A stretch of DNA of 50,805 nucleotides from Candidatus Sumerlaeaceae bacterium (lineage in GTDB: Bacteria > Sumerlaeota > Sumerlaeia > Sumerlaeales > Sumerlaeaceae). The first letter of the stretch is position 1. Each line of letters begins with the position of its first letter. Shown here piece after piece: positions 19,782 to 30,170 of this stretch. The notes beneath the pieces are model-generated. The model was not told the DNA's origin. It was given only the letters and a program-made list of their open reading frames with translations, and searched no databases. A program made the position numbers and the translations under genes. The stretch is taken from assembly GCA_049968255.1 (NCBI GenBank), contig JBMFRB010000011.1, positions 1-50,805 of the forward strand, read 5' to 3'.

Positions 19782-21038
19782 ATGAAAGTACATTTACTTT
19801 ACACAAGACGCGAATTTTTGCGCAGTGGCGTCCTCGTTGCCGTCAGCACAATGATGCCGCGATTCCTTGTGGATTTTGCCACGGCAGCAGCAACAGGAAC
19901 AGCTGGGAAGACTTCTGACGAGCGGGTGCTCGTTGTGATTCAGCTTGCGGGCGGCAATGATGCTCTGAACACAGTAATTCCTTACACGGACGAATCTTAT
20001 TACATGATGCGGCCACGCTTGGGAATTCCACGAGCTGGCCTCATTCCGGTCAACGATGCGGTGGGGTTTCATGCGTCTTTGAAAGACCTGCACGCGATGT
20101 ATGATCGCGGTCTGGTGGCTGTCGTTGAGGGGGTGGGCTACCCAAATCCCAATCGGTCGCATTTCCGCTCGATGGAAATCTGGCACACAGCTTCGGATTC
20201 GAACGTCGTGCTTGCCACGGGCTGGATCGGTCGCTATCTGGATGCTGCGTGCGGAGACTCGTGTGATCCGACGGCAGCACTTGCGGTCGGTAGCGAACGT
20301 CCTCAAGCATTCTATGGCCGGCGCGGGCTAGGGGTCGCTGTGGCATCGCCGGAACGGTTTGCTTGGCCGCAGGGACCGGACGGAGCCACACGCCAGCGTT
20401 TTCAGGCGCTCAATGAACCCTCCCAGAGCCCGCAAAACCACTCACTCGACTTTATCCGCCATGTGATGGCCGATGCACTTATCAGTGCCGACAAAATCCA
20501 CGACGTAGCCAAACGTTACAAAGGGGGGATCACCTACCCGGCTTGGCCATTTGCCTCGAATCTAAGAACCATTGCTTCAATGATCGCAGGCGGCCTCCCC
20601 GCGAAAATCTATTTCACGAGTCTTTCGGGGTTCGACACCCATGCCAACCAGCTCAATACGCATGCGCGACTGTTGAAAGAATTCTCCGAGAGCACGGCCG
20701 CGTTTATGGCGGACCTGGAACGCCAGCACAACGCCGACAGGGTACTCATCATGACATTCAGTGAGTTTGGCCGGCGGGTTGCAGAGAACGCCAGCGGTGG
20801 AACCGACCACGGTACAGCAGAATCCCTTTTCATTATCGGCAAAGGAATTCGGCCAGGCTTTGCTGGAAAGCGACCATCCCTGTCAAACCTCGACAACGGG
20901 GACCTGATTTTCACTACGGACTTCCGTTCTGTCTATGCAACAGTATTGGAAGATTGGCTAGGAGCGGCCTCAAGAGCAGTTTTGCCCCGCGAGTTTCCGA
21001 AGTTACCTCTTATTGCGACACCAGCACGAAAGAGCTAA
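19782..21038 (+). CDS. DUF1501 family protein with Tat signal peptide
   Basis: TRREFL twin-arginine motif; VIQLAGGNDALNT, GYPNPNRSHFRS, GFDTHANQ, SEFGRR, GTDHG, DFRSVY. Confidence 0.9.
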   Translation: MKVHLLYTRREFLRSGVLVAVSTMMPRFLVDFATAAATGTAGKTSDERVLVVIQLAGGNDALNTVIPYTDESYYMMRPRLGIPRAGLIPVNDAVGFHASLKDLHAMYDRGLVAVVEGVGYPNPNRSHFRSMEIWHTASDSNVVLATGWIGRYLDAACGDSCDPTAALAVGSERPQAFYGRRGLGVAVASPERFAWPQGPDGATRQRFQALNEPSQSPQNHSLDFIRHVMADALISADKIHDVAKRYKGGITYPAWPFASNLRTIASMIAGGLPAKIYFTSLSGFDTHANQLNTHARLLKEFSESTAAFMADLERQHNADRVLIMTFSEFGRRVAENASGGTDHGTAESLFIIGKGIRPGFAGKRPSLSNLDNGDLIFTTDFRSVYATVLEDWLGAASRAVLPREFPKLPLIATPARKS

Positions 21039-21235
21039 GACCCACACGGCCTCCCTTAGACGGCGTTTTCCCGTACGCATCAAAATTCGAATAAGGACGA
21101 GGACAGGACGCAGAGGGTAATAACCAGTGACGAGAAATAGTTTTACCGGCGCTATTGATCCAGGTAGTGTCTCTTTGCCCCTAGCAACTAGGGAACCAGG
21201 AAGATCATCATATATTATCCCATTCCACTTGCGTT

Positions 21236-23065
21236 TTACTCTACCGTCACACTCTTGGCAAGGTTTCGCGGTTTATCCACATCTAATCCACGGGCGACAG
21301 CCACATGGTAGGCAAATAACTGAAGCGGGACGATCGCAAGGAATGGCGCTAAGAGCCAATCGATCGTAGGGAACTTCAAGTGAGAGACCACAGCGGAAGG
21401 CAGCGTTGCAATAGAATCATCAGTCACGGCGAGGATTTGTCCCCCACGGCTACTAATCTCCTGCATATTACTCAGGATCTTTGCAAAAACGTGGTCACGT
21501 TGAGCTAAGACGAAGACAGGCATGTTTTCGTCTACTAATGCGATAGGTCCATGTTTGATTTCGCCAGCTGGGCAACCTTCAGCATGAACATAAGAAACCT
21601 CCTTGAGCTTTAATGCGCCCTCCAAAGCTATCGGATAGAGAGCCCCGCGTCCCAAATAGAGAAAGTTGGCACTTTGCGAAAATTGCTGGGCTAGCTCCTC
21701 CACGGCGGTGGTAATCTCGAATGTTCTAGCCAGGAGATCTGGCACGGAAGCCAATTGGCGCCCTAAAGCCACCGAGCGCTCAGCCGAAATACATTTAGCC
21801 TGATCGCTCCATCCCAGAGCTAAAAGCAGAAAAGCGGCGAGCTGGCCCGTAAACGCTTTTGTTGAGGCCACACCAATTTCGGGTCCCGTGTGCGTGTAGA
21901 AAACCGAGTCGCATTCACGCGCAAGGGTAGATTCGTAAACATTGCAAATGCCAAGCGTCGCTGCGCCCCGTGTTTTTGCCTCCCGCAGCGCCCCAATCGT
22001 ATCGGCTGTTTCTCCCGACTGTGAAACACAAATGACAAGAGTTTCGGAATTTATGAGGGGAGGACGGTAGCGGAACTCCGAAGCAAGGTCTACTTCTACC
22101 GGTACGCCAAGACAATGCTCAAGGACAAACTTACCAACAAGCCCTGCATAGTACGACGTGCCGCACGCAACACAAACAATACGTTTCGGACTAACCTCAC
22201 GGTAAAAGTCTAAACAGGGTTGAGGTAGCTCAACAACATACCTGTCAGGAACAAGCCTCTCGGCTAGGGTCCGCCGCAGGGCGGACGGTTGTTCAAAAAT
22301 CTCCTTGAGCATAAAATGGGGATAGCCGTCGCGTGCGACGCGCCAAAACGACCGGTCTACCTTTTGGGGCTTGCGCTCAACCGGCACGCCGCTAAGAGTT
22401 TCTATCTGCACTTGCTTTGCAGTGATTTGCGCAATCTCCTCATCTTCAAGGAATAAGACCTGTTTGGTAAACGGAAGGAGCGCCGTTATATCCGATGCAA
22501 CATAAGCTTCTCCTTCAGCAATTCCGATAACGATGGGACTTTCCTTCCGAGCCACAATGAGCAGGTCAGGATCTGTCCGAGCTATAACGGCCAGAGCATA
22601 GGACCCAAGGACTCTTTTGAGCCCCGACATGATCGCCTGCACAAGTGATTGTCCTTTACATATTTTACTCGCGAAGAGATGACAAAAAATTTCAGTATCC
22701 GTTTCCGAGGAAAAACAGCATCCTTCGTGCTCCAGCTCCCTTCTAAGTTCCACGTGGTTTTCGATGATCCCGTTATGCACGACGGCGATCCCGTTGACGA
22801 TGTGCGGGTGGGCATTGGCTTCATTGGGTCGTCCGTGTGTTGCCCAGCGAGTATGGCCAATTCCACCACGCCCCGCCGGGCGAAAGTCAGCAATGGCGCT
22901 TATGAGGTTAGATAATTTCCCTTGACACCGGAAACGATGAATTTCGTTGCCATGGTGAACGGCAACTCCGGCGGAATCGTAACCGCGGTATTCTAAAAGA
23001 GAAAGTCCTTCTAAGAGGATGGGGATGGGGTTCCTCCAACCCACATAGGCAAAAATTCCGCACAT
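21236..23065 (-). CDS. glmS: Glutamine-fructose-6-phosphate aminotransferase
   Basis: MCGI N-terminal Cys, EYRGYDSAG, GHTRWATHG, SQSGETADT, EGALKLKE, KPRNLAKSVTVE. Confidence 0.97.
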   Translation of the reverse strand: MCGIFAYVGWRNPIPILLEGLSLLEYRGYDSAGVAVHHGNEIHRFRCQGKLSNLISAIADFRPAGRGGIGHTRWATHGRPNEANAHPHIVNGIAVVHNGIIENHVELRRELEHEGCCFSSETDTEIFCHLFASKICKGQSLVQAIMSGLKRVLGSYALAVIARTDPDLLIVARKESPIVIGIAEGEAYVASDITALLPFTKQVLFLEDEEIAQITAKQVQIETLSGVPVERKPQKVDRSFWRVARDGYPHFMLKEIFEQPSALRRTLAERLVPDRYVVELPQPCLDFYREVSPKRIVCVACGTSYYAGLVGKFVLEHCLGVPVEVDLASEFRYRPPLINSETLVICVSQSGETADTIGALREAKTRGAATLGICNVYESTLARECDSVFYTHTGPEIGVASTKAFTGQLAAFLLLALGWSDQAKCISAERSVALGRQLASVPDLLARTFEITTAVEELAQQFSQSANFLYLGRGALYPIALEGALKLKEVSYVHAEGCPAGEIKHGPIALVDENMPVFVLAQRDHVFAKILSNMQEISSRGGQILAVTDDSIATLPSAVVSHLKFPTIDWLLAPFLAIVPLQLFAYHVAVARGLDVDKPRNLAKSVTVE

Positions 23066-23842
23066 GACCTAGGCCTCTCTTTCGCATGGTCAAAGATTTT
23101 GCAGATTTTCTTGTGCCCTAAGACTGGAATAACGGCCTCGGCAGCAGGAGAGTTCTCCGCGACGCGTCACGGAGTAAGCGGGTAAAAACGGCATGGTGCA
23201 GGCCCCAGGCCGAACCGGCGGTAATCTCGCAGAAAGCCCAGACATCACCTGGCACTGCAGTCTTTGCCATTTCCCGTTCTGCCATGAGATCCTAACGAGC
23301 CGCAATCGACGTCACTTCCTGCATTTGCCACAAAAAACCAACTCAGCCCGCAATTATTCTTTATTTTTTAGCAAAAAGCAATAAACTTTTCTTCAGACCT
23401 TTTCCATATGTGCCCGCCTCTTGTCCTACGCCTGCATTGCTCGCCGCGCACACCGGGGCTCAAGCACGGCACCTATCTCCGAGCTCTATCTGCCCACCGT
23501 CTGGTTTTAGCCAAACACGTTCCCGCACCCCGCCCGTGGTGACGGGACGAATGAGACAAAAACCGGAGAACTTACCCCAAAGCCCTGCTGTTCTCACGAA
23601 ATCTTGCCCGATCTATGACCCGGATATGCCTGTCAGCGAAGCTATGGGTCTTGCCGACGCCCAACGAACTCTTTTTCCTTGTGTTTGGGGCGGTTGCGAG
23701 AGACTATCTCCTATTCACGATTTGAAGGACAGCTTTCGCACCGGGCTCTATCTCGAGATGCGTCACGGTGGATGGTTTGGGGCGGATATGCCGCAGCAGC
23801 CCGGAGCTGTGCCCGGATGCGTTACAGGAGACGGCAACGACC

Positions 23843-24793
23843 ATGCGTCAGTCAGCAATTTTGATAGCGTTGGGCGGCAACGCCATCACCCGCGAAGGGG
23901 AAGAAGGGACCGTCGAGCAACAGTTCCGCAATACGGAACAAACCATGCGCGATATCGTTCGGGGCATTCGCGGGCGTTATCAGCGAGTGGTGCTCACTCA
24001 TGGCAACGGTCCGCAGGTGGGAAACATCGTGCTCCGAAGTGAGCTTGCATCGTCTTACATTTATCCTCTCCCGCTCGACACTTGTGTCTCGGATTCCGAG
24101 GGCGGTATGGGCTACATGTTTCAGCAGGTGCTTTACAATATCTTGCACCGTCAGCAGATGGCTGAGCGGGTCGTGTGCGTGCTGACACAAGTGGTGGTGG
24201 ATGGCGACGATCCTGCATGGCACAATCCCACGAAACCGATCGGGCGTTTTTATTCCGAAGAGGAAGCGCAGAAGATCATGGCGCAGCGTGGCTGGCAAAT
24301 GCGCGAGGACGCGGGGCGCGGTTGGCGCCGCGTGGTACCGTCGCCACGGCCCAAGGAAATCATTGAGATCGCGGCCGTCAGGGCGTTGCTTGAGGATGAT
24401 TTCATTGTCATTGCAGCGGGCGGCGGCGGAATTCCCGTTGTTCGTGACGAACATGGGTGCCTTCACGGTGTCGAAGCCGTCATTGATAAGGATCTGGCCA
24501 GTGCTCTACTCGCGGCCGGGTTGGGCATAGGGACCTTTGTTATTCTGACCGGTGTCGAGCAGGTGGCGCTCGACTACCGCAAACCGACCCAGCGCTTTGT
24601 AAGTCGTATGACGGTGAGCGAAGCCCAACGGTATCTCGCTGAGGGGCAATTCCCCCCTGGCAGTATGGGGCCGAAGATCCAGGCGGCGATTGATTTCCTG
24701 CAGGCTGGGGGCGACATGGTTATCATCACTTCGCCCGAAAAATTTACCGAAGCTCTTGCGGGCGAAACGGGAACGCGCGTTATCCGTGGTTAG
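23843..24793 (+). CDS. arcC: Carbamate kinase
   Basis: ALGGNA, THGNGPQVG, PTKPIG, RRVVPSP, EAVIDKD, GSMGPK; AGGAG SD before ATG 23843. Confidence 0.95.
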   Translation: MRQSAILIALGGNAITREGEEGTVEQQFRNTEQTMRDIVRGIRGRYQRVVLTHGNGPQVGNIVLRSELASSYIYPLPLDTCVSDSEGGMGYMFQQVLYNILHRQQMAERVVCVLTQVVVDGDDPAWHNPTKPIGRFYSEEEAQKIMAQRGWQMREDAGRGWRRVVPSPRPKEIIEIAAVRALLEDDFIVIAAGGGGIPVVRDEHGCLHGVEAVIDKDLASALLAAGLGIGTFVILTGVEQVALDYRKPTQRFVSRMTVSEAQRYLAEGQFPPGSMGPKIQAAIDFLQAGGDMVIITSPEKFTEALAGETGTRVIRG

Positions 24794-25200
24794 CGCGCCA
24801 ACCGGCGTGGAGGCGGTGCCTACCGCGCAGCGTGCCAAAAGCCACAAGCGCAAACATGGCGCACGGCCGCCGGGCATGGGTCATTGAGAAATTTTGATGG
24901 CTAAAACCCACAACGCCCGTTTTTTGTGCTTGGGTGCGATAGCGATCCGCCGGGGAACAATCAAAAAACGCGCATTTCGCCGCGGCGAGCGGAGGACTGG
25001 CGATCAAAAGTTGCTTTGCCGAAAACACGTCGCATGGCGCCCCTCTGTTCAGCGAATAAGAAGGGTTCGCGTGCGCTGCGATCTTTTTTGAGCGGTCGCC
25101 CCCTTGAAGCATACCTGCTGACAATCAACTCTCGAGTCCTGTCGTCAATAAATCAACAGATCGCTCATATCGCTGATGACTTGAGGGATTTCGAAGCTTC

Positions 25201-26010
25201 TCAATCATAGAGAACGCGATAAAGGAACAGACCGTTAGGGGCGAGCGTGAGAGCCTCGTTCGGGCGCACACCTGTTGCGAGCATCTCTCGCACCGCATCG
25301 AGCGACATCTTCCCGCGGGCACAGTTCACCATGACTCCCGCCAAGATCCGCACCATGTTCTGCAAAAAGGACTGGCATTTGAAATCAAGCATGAGAAGCC
25401 CGTCGCCGACAACTGTGATCTCAGGCCGATGGAGCGTGAGGAGTGTTCTCACTGCGGTGCACGTCTTTGCGCGGAACGCCCGGAAGTCGTGGTGCCCCTC
25501 TAGAATTTTTGTTACCTCCTCCATGCGGCCGAGGTCGAGATGATAGGGCACGTGGGTGACATAAGCGGTGCCGACGGCAGGCGCCACGGAGCGATTGAGA
25601 ATGAAATAGCGGTACCAACGCAGGCGCGCCGATCGTCGGGCATTGAAGTTGGGGGGAGCTTCTGCCGCATCCACGACGGCGATGTCGCGCGGCAAGTAGG
25701 GGAGCACGCCGCGGGCGATTGCCCGAACGGGTAACGTGCTCGCTGTGGCGAAGCTGATCACCTGGCCGAGCGCGTGAACTCCGGCATCGGTGCGACCCGC
25801 TGCGGTCACCCGAATGCGTTCGCCCAAATGGCGCGCAAGCGCTTCTTCCACTTTTTCTTGCACAGAGACCCCGTTGGCCTGGCGCTGCCAACCGACGTAG
25901 CGAGTTCCGTCGTACTCGAGTGTCATGCGGATGACGCGTCGGGGCGCTGGTGTGTCCCTGTGCCTCTCGTGCGCACTTAGCTCTTGACGCTTCATCACTG
26001 GCTCACTCAC
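25201..26010 (-). CDS. truA: tRNA pseudouridine(38-40) synthase
   Basis: EYDGTRYVGWQRQ, AGRTDAGVHA (catalytic Asp), FNARRSA, SFLQNMVR, APNGLFL; exact start uncertain. Confidence 0.95.
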   Translation of the reverse strand: MSEPVMKRQELSAHERHRDTPAPRRVIRMTLEYDGTRYVGWQRQANGVSVQEKVEEALARHLGERIRVTAAGRTDAGVHALGQVISFATASTLPVRAIARGVLPYLPRDIAVVDAAEAPPNFNARRSARLRWYRYFILNRSVAPAVGTAYVTHVPYHLDLGRMEEVTKILEGHHDFRAFRAKTCTAVRTLLTLHRPEITVVGDGLLMLDFKCQSFLQNMVRILAGVMVNCARGKMSLDAVREMLATGVRPNEALTLAPNGLFLYRVLYD

Positions 26011-26082
26011 TCATACGACTTTACACGAAGTTCCTTGCTACTCCAAAACGTTTGCAACACCGAGGAAACGGAGCAAACGGGG

Positions 26083-26685
26083 ATGGGGCAATCACCATTC
26101 AATAAGAACGAAGATTTCAACGAGCAATTGCGCGGTGCACGCGAGCGTATTCGCGCCGTACGCAGTGCCCAGCAGAGCACGCCGACGGCTCCTAAGGATC
26201 AGTCACCGCCTCCGCTTCGCCTGCGGGTACGCACTGACGCGAAGTCAAATCATCTTTCGAAGATCGGCTGCAGCCTCGTGGTGCTTGGAGGCATCACAAC
26301 AGTCTTTGTTATTCTCGCAGGACAAGTTGTTGGTCTTGCTACTCTTTGGTCTCTTGCCCCTGAAGAGTCAGCAGCCGCCATCGTGGTGGGCATATTCGCC
26401 CTGCTGGCACTTCTTATGGTTTTCCTTGGTTTGGCGTTAGGTGTTTATAAGCTGGTTCGCGACAAAAAACCGAGTGACACACTTGTCTGGCTGACGGTCC
26501 TTGGGGGGCTTGTGGTCATGATGTTTTGGGCCATTTGGCTTTCCGTGGGTTACGCGCTGCAAAGGGATGCAAAGAAAGCGGAAGAAAGCGTAAAGCGTGA
26601 GCTCGAAAACATTTTCAAATACGAAAACACACACCTCCCTTCACGCCCGTTATTTCCGGCGCCGCCCCCTCCAACTCGCCGTTAG
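26083..26685 (+). CDS. Hypothetical membrane protein, about 3 TM helices
   Basis: Three hydrophobic stretches between a charged N-terminus and a Pro-rich C-terminus; GGAG SD before ATG 26083. Confidence 0.7.
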   Translation: MGQSPFNKNEDFNEQLRGARERIRAVRSAQQSTPTAPKDQSPPPLRLRVRTDAKSNHLSKIGCSLVVLGGITTVFVILAGQVVGLATLWSLAPEESAAAIVVGIFALLALLMVFLGLALGVYKLVRDKKPSDTLVWLTVLGGLVVMMFWAIWLSVGYALQRDAKKAEESVKRELENIFKYENTHLPSRPLFPAPPPPTRR

Positions 26686-26789
26686 CTTGTGGAAGCTCGG
26701 AGTTTCTAAAGAGCAACCCCGTCGCCCAGAGGTTTTGTGCGCTTGTCGTGCGTTGATTTTTCCTCCTGCGTGTGTAGCTCGTTAGGATC

Positions 26790-28010
26790 GTGGACAACGC
26801 CGTGTGGTGGAAAGACATCGAGCGCCAGCTCGACGAACTCAAGGCGCGCCGCCTTTGGCGCGAACTAAAATCTTCGGTGGAACCCGTGGGGCTTCGCATC
26901 GAACGAGCAGGGCGCCTGCTTTGGAATTTCAGCTCGAATAACTACCTTGATTTGGCCACGCATCCACACGTCGTTGCGCGAGCTCAGGAAGCGGCGGAGC
27001 GCTTCGGTGCGGGTGCGGGCGGCTCGCGGCTTATCACGGGAACATTAGCTCTGCACGAGGAGCTCGAATCACGATTGGCGGCTTTCAAAGGAGCCGAGAC
27101 CGCGCTCGTTTTTTCTTCCGGTTATCTTGCGAACATTGGTTTGATCCAGGCTCTGTCGCGACGCGCCGACGGCTCGCGGGTGCCTATTGTCTTCGATAAA
27201 TTAGTTCATGCCAGTCTCGTGGACGCGATCCTTGCCAGTGGAGCACCATGGAAATCTTTTGCGCATAACGATGTGGAGTGTGCCGCGCGCGAGTTGCGCC
27301 GTCTTCTTCAAAAGCATTCCTGCCGCACAGCGCAAGGTCTCAGGGCCATGATTGTCACGGAAGGGGTTTTCTCGATGGACGGCGACATGGCGCCGCTGCG
27401 CGAGCTGGCCGGCCTAGCCGAGAGCGAGGGAGGAGTTCTCGTGGTGGACGACGCGCACGGAACAGGGGTTGTGGGGCCGCAGGGCGCTGGCGCCCTTGCT
27501 GCGACGGGGCTTACCAGCATGCCGCACTGCGTGCAAATGGGTACACTGAGCAAAGCGCTTGGGTCGCAAGGCGGTTTCATCGTCGGACCGCGTTACCTGC
27601 GCGAGCTGCTCGTGAATCGAGCACGTGCGTTCATATACGACACAGCTCTCGCCCCTCCGTGTGTTGCAGCCGCGCTCGCGGCGCTTGAGGTGATTGAGCA
27701 GGAGTCGCAGCGCATCCAAAACCTTGCGCATAATGCTGCCGCTTTGCGCTCACACGCGCGATGCCACGGTCTGGCTGTCGCAGATTCTCCATCCGCGATT
27801 GTGCCAGTCGTCGTGGGTGAGGCGAGCGATGCCTTGCGGTTAGGCGAACACCTCGAACGTGAGGGCTTTCTTGGCGTCGCAATTCGCCCACCGACAGTGC
27901 CACCGGGCACTTCGCGTATCCGGCTTACGGTAATGGCCACGCATCCCCGCGATGTCATCGAGCGCCTTGCTGCTGTGCTCGCGGATGGCATTCGCGGCGG
28001 CAAAAAATAA
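26790..28010 (+). CDS. bioF: 8-amino-7-oxononanoate synthase-like PLP acyltransferase
   Basis: NFSSNNYLDL, GAGGSRLITG, FSSGYLAN, HASLVD, EGVFSMDGD, DDAHG, GTLSKALG, IRPPTVP. Confidence 0.85.
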   Translation: MDNAVWWKDIERQLDELKARRLWRELKSSVEPVGLRIERAGRLLWNFSSNNYLDLATHPHVVARAQEAAERFGAGAGGSRLITGTLALHEELESRLAAFKGAETALVFSSGYLANIGLIQALSRRADGSRVPIVFDKLVHASLVDAILASGAPWKSFAHNDVECAARELRRLLQKHSCRTAQGLRAMIVTEGVFSMDGDMAPLRELAGLAESEGGVLVVDDAHGTGVVGPQGAGALAATGLTSMPHCVQMGTLSKALGSQGGFIVGPRYLRELLVNRARAFIYDTALAPPCVAAALAALEVIEQESQRIQNLAHNAAALRSHARCHGLAVADSPSAIVPVVVGEASDALRLGEHLEREGFLGVAIRPPTVPPGTSRIRLTVMATHPRDVIERLAAVLADGIRGGKK

Positions 28011-28115
28011 CACCACACTCAGAGAGAGGCGCCTCGGCTCGCCTTCGCAGCTCTCAACGACTGCAACGTGCGCGCGCGTTTGAATGCGACGCGCACAAAG
28101 GAATTGTTTCTAACA

Positions 28116-29252
28116 ATGAGCAACGAGTTGCGTGCCAAGCGCGATTTCTTTTTTCGTCACTGGCTAGGTTACTACCTGCCCCGCTATGTGCGTCGGCAAT
28201 GGCAGCTACGGCGTGGGCGAAAGGGCAATCTCGAAGATCTATTCGTTTTTCTCACGAATCAGTGCAATGCGCGCTGCAAGCATTGCTTTTACATCGAGGA
28301 GCTCGGCTATGTGCCAGGTGAATTGCAACTGGCCGACTATCAGAAACTGGCGCCGACACTCCCATGGTTGGAGCGGATTTTTTTCACTGGAGGAGAAGCA
28401 CTTCTCCATCCCCAAGCGTGCGAAATCGCGGCTCTTCTAGGGCGCGCGACGGCGGCCAAACGCATTGGGATTATCACGAATGGTTTTCTTCCGGAGCGTG
28501 TGCAAAAGTTCATCGAGCAGCTCGCTGCCGCACGAATTCCTGCAGTCCTCGACGTCCTTGTTTCCCTCGACGGTCTCGAGGCCACGCACAACGACATACG
28601 GCAGAATCCACGCGCTTGGGAACGTGCCAACGCGACGCTCGCGCTGTTGGAGGCTCTTCGCGAGCGCTATCCTTCTCAGCTTGAGTTTGGTGTGATCACG
28701 ATTATTACGTCGCGCAACTGGCGTGAACTCGAAGAGTTGGCCTGGCACGTGGAGTCGCATTATCCCCACGCTCGGCAGGGTTTCGAATTTGTGCGAGGCA
28801 CGAACTTCAGTCTTTGGGGATTGGCTCCGGAGTATCGCGCAGATTTCAACCCGCCTGAAGACTCACTGCCACCCACTGAGCAATGGGATAAGATTTTAGC
28901 AACGCTCGATCGCATCAATCGGCGACGTGGACTGGCCAATCACGCGTTTCATCTCACCACGCATTTCACGGTCGAGATGCTCAAAACGAAGCGCAAGCTT
29001 GTAGATTGCGTGTCGGCGGGGCAGAACGTTGCCGTGCTCTACGCCACTGGCGAGCTTGCTCTCTGCGAGTTCTCAAAACCTTTCGGCAACGTGCGCGATT
29101 ACGGTTTCGATTTCGCACGTGCGTGGAATTCGCCCGAGGCGGAAGCTATGCGCCGCGCGACGAGCCGCTGCTGGTGCACACATGGCTGCTACCTGTCGAA
29201 AAATATCGAGTATTCATTTGCAGGTCTTCGCGCAATGCTGCGTAAATTATAG
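28116..29252 (+). CDS. Radical SAM protein with SPASM/Twitch-like C-terminal domain
   Basis: CNARCKHC (CxxxCxxC), FTGGEA, VSLDG; C-terminal C..G..CE..CWCTHGC auxiliary-cluster cysteines. Confidence 0.9.
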   Translation: MSNELRAKRDFFFRHWLGYYLPRYVRRQWQLRRGRKGNLEDLFVFLTNQCNARCKHCFYIEELGYVPGELQLADYQKLAPTLPWLERIFFTGGEALLHPQACEIAALLGRATAAKRIGIITNGFLPERVQKFIEQLAAARIPAVLDVLVSLDGLEATHNDIRQNPRAWERANATLALLEALRERYPSQLEFGVITIITSRNWRELEELAWHVESHYPHARQGFEFVRGTNFSLWGLAPEYRADFNPPEDSLPPTEQWDKILATLDRINRRRGLANHAFHLTTHFTVEMLKTKRKLVDCVSAGQNVAVLYATGELALCEFSKPFGNVRDYGFDFARAWNSPEAEAMRRATSRCWCTHGCYLSKNIEYSFAGLRAMLRKL

Positions 29253-29255
29253 CCG

Positions 29256-30170
29256 ATGAAGCGCCCAGAGGTATCTGTCGTCATAGTCACCTACCAGCGC
29301 CGCAACGACCTTGCCCTTGCCATGGAAAGCATGGCGGCGCAGCGCGGCGTTGAGCTCGAGCTTGTCATTGTGGACAATGGTTCGACAGATGGCACAGAGG
29401 AATTTGTTCGCTCGTGGGGCCGACTTCCAACAATCCTTCACTGTGCGCGGCGCAATCTTGGCGCCAGCGTCGGACGCAACATTGGCATACGGCTGGCCCG
29501 GGCGCCCTATGTGGCTTTTATGGATTCTGATGCGGTTGCTCTCGACGACGATCTGGTTCTTCGCTTGCTCGAAGCGTTGCGCAACGAGCCTCAGGCTGCC
29601 GCAACGGCTCCCGCCATTTACGAGGATGCACAGCGCCAGCGAATGTGGTTTCTTGCCGGCTACCCCGACAAAGGCGGTTACCACGATTTTCAACGTAGTC
29701 GCACCGAGTGGCAGGATCCACATTATATCTCGACGTGCTTTAGTTTGTGGCGGCGCGACGTGCTTGAAACGTTGGACGGCTTTGATCCGGCTTATCCCTA
29801 CATCTTCGAGGACCTCGATCTTTGCGCACGTGCGCGCGATGGCGGATGGAAATTCGTTGTGCTGCCTGACACCGCAGTTCAGCATCGGCTTAGCAGCGAA
29901 GGGCGGGTGCGTCCGGCCGACGGCTATGCGCATCGTCTTTACACCGAGCGTGTCATGAACCGTTTCTACGTGTTGCGACTTGGCGCGAAAGGTTTCCTCC
30001 GAAGGTGGAAATGGTGGCTGACGCCCGAAGGCCGAGAATGCCGCCGAATTGCCTATATCGATTTTCCACTCACGTGGCGTCAGCAATTCATTCTCTTTTG
30101 GTGGATTCCCGCAATGACGCTACTCAAGTATCTCTTGGGAAAAATGACACGGGGCCTTGTGCGAATTTGA
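29256..30170 (+). CDS. Glycosyltransferase family 2
   Basis: VSVVIVTY, VDNGSTDG, GRNIG, FMDSD (DxD), GFDPAY..FEDLDL. Confidence 0.92.
   Translation: MKRPEVSVVIVTYQRRNDLALAMESMAAQRGVELELVIVDNGSTDGTEEFVRSWGRLPTILHCARRNLGASVGRNIGIRLARAPYVAFMDSDAVALDDDLVLRLLEALRNEPQAAATAPAIYEDAQRQRMWFLAGYPDKGGYHDFQRSRTEWQDPHYISTCFSLWRRDVLETLDGFDPAYPYIFEDLDLCARARDGGWKFVVLPDTAVQHRLSSEGRVRPADGYAHRLYTERVMNRFYVLRLGAKGFLRRWKWWLTPEGRECRRIAYIDFPLTWRQQFILFWWIPAMTLLKYLLGKMTRGLVRI

Noticed and set aside
21090-21160. ATAGCGCC and GACGAGG motifs resembling the glmS ribozyme
   Set aside because: They lie downstream of glmS and on opposite strands; coincidental.
23066-23400. glmS ribozyme upstream of glmS
   Set aside because: No AGCGCC...GACGAGG core in the correct order and orientation; only loose fragments.
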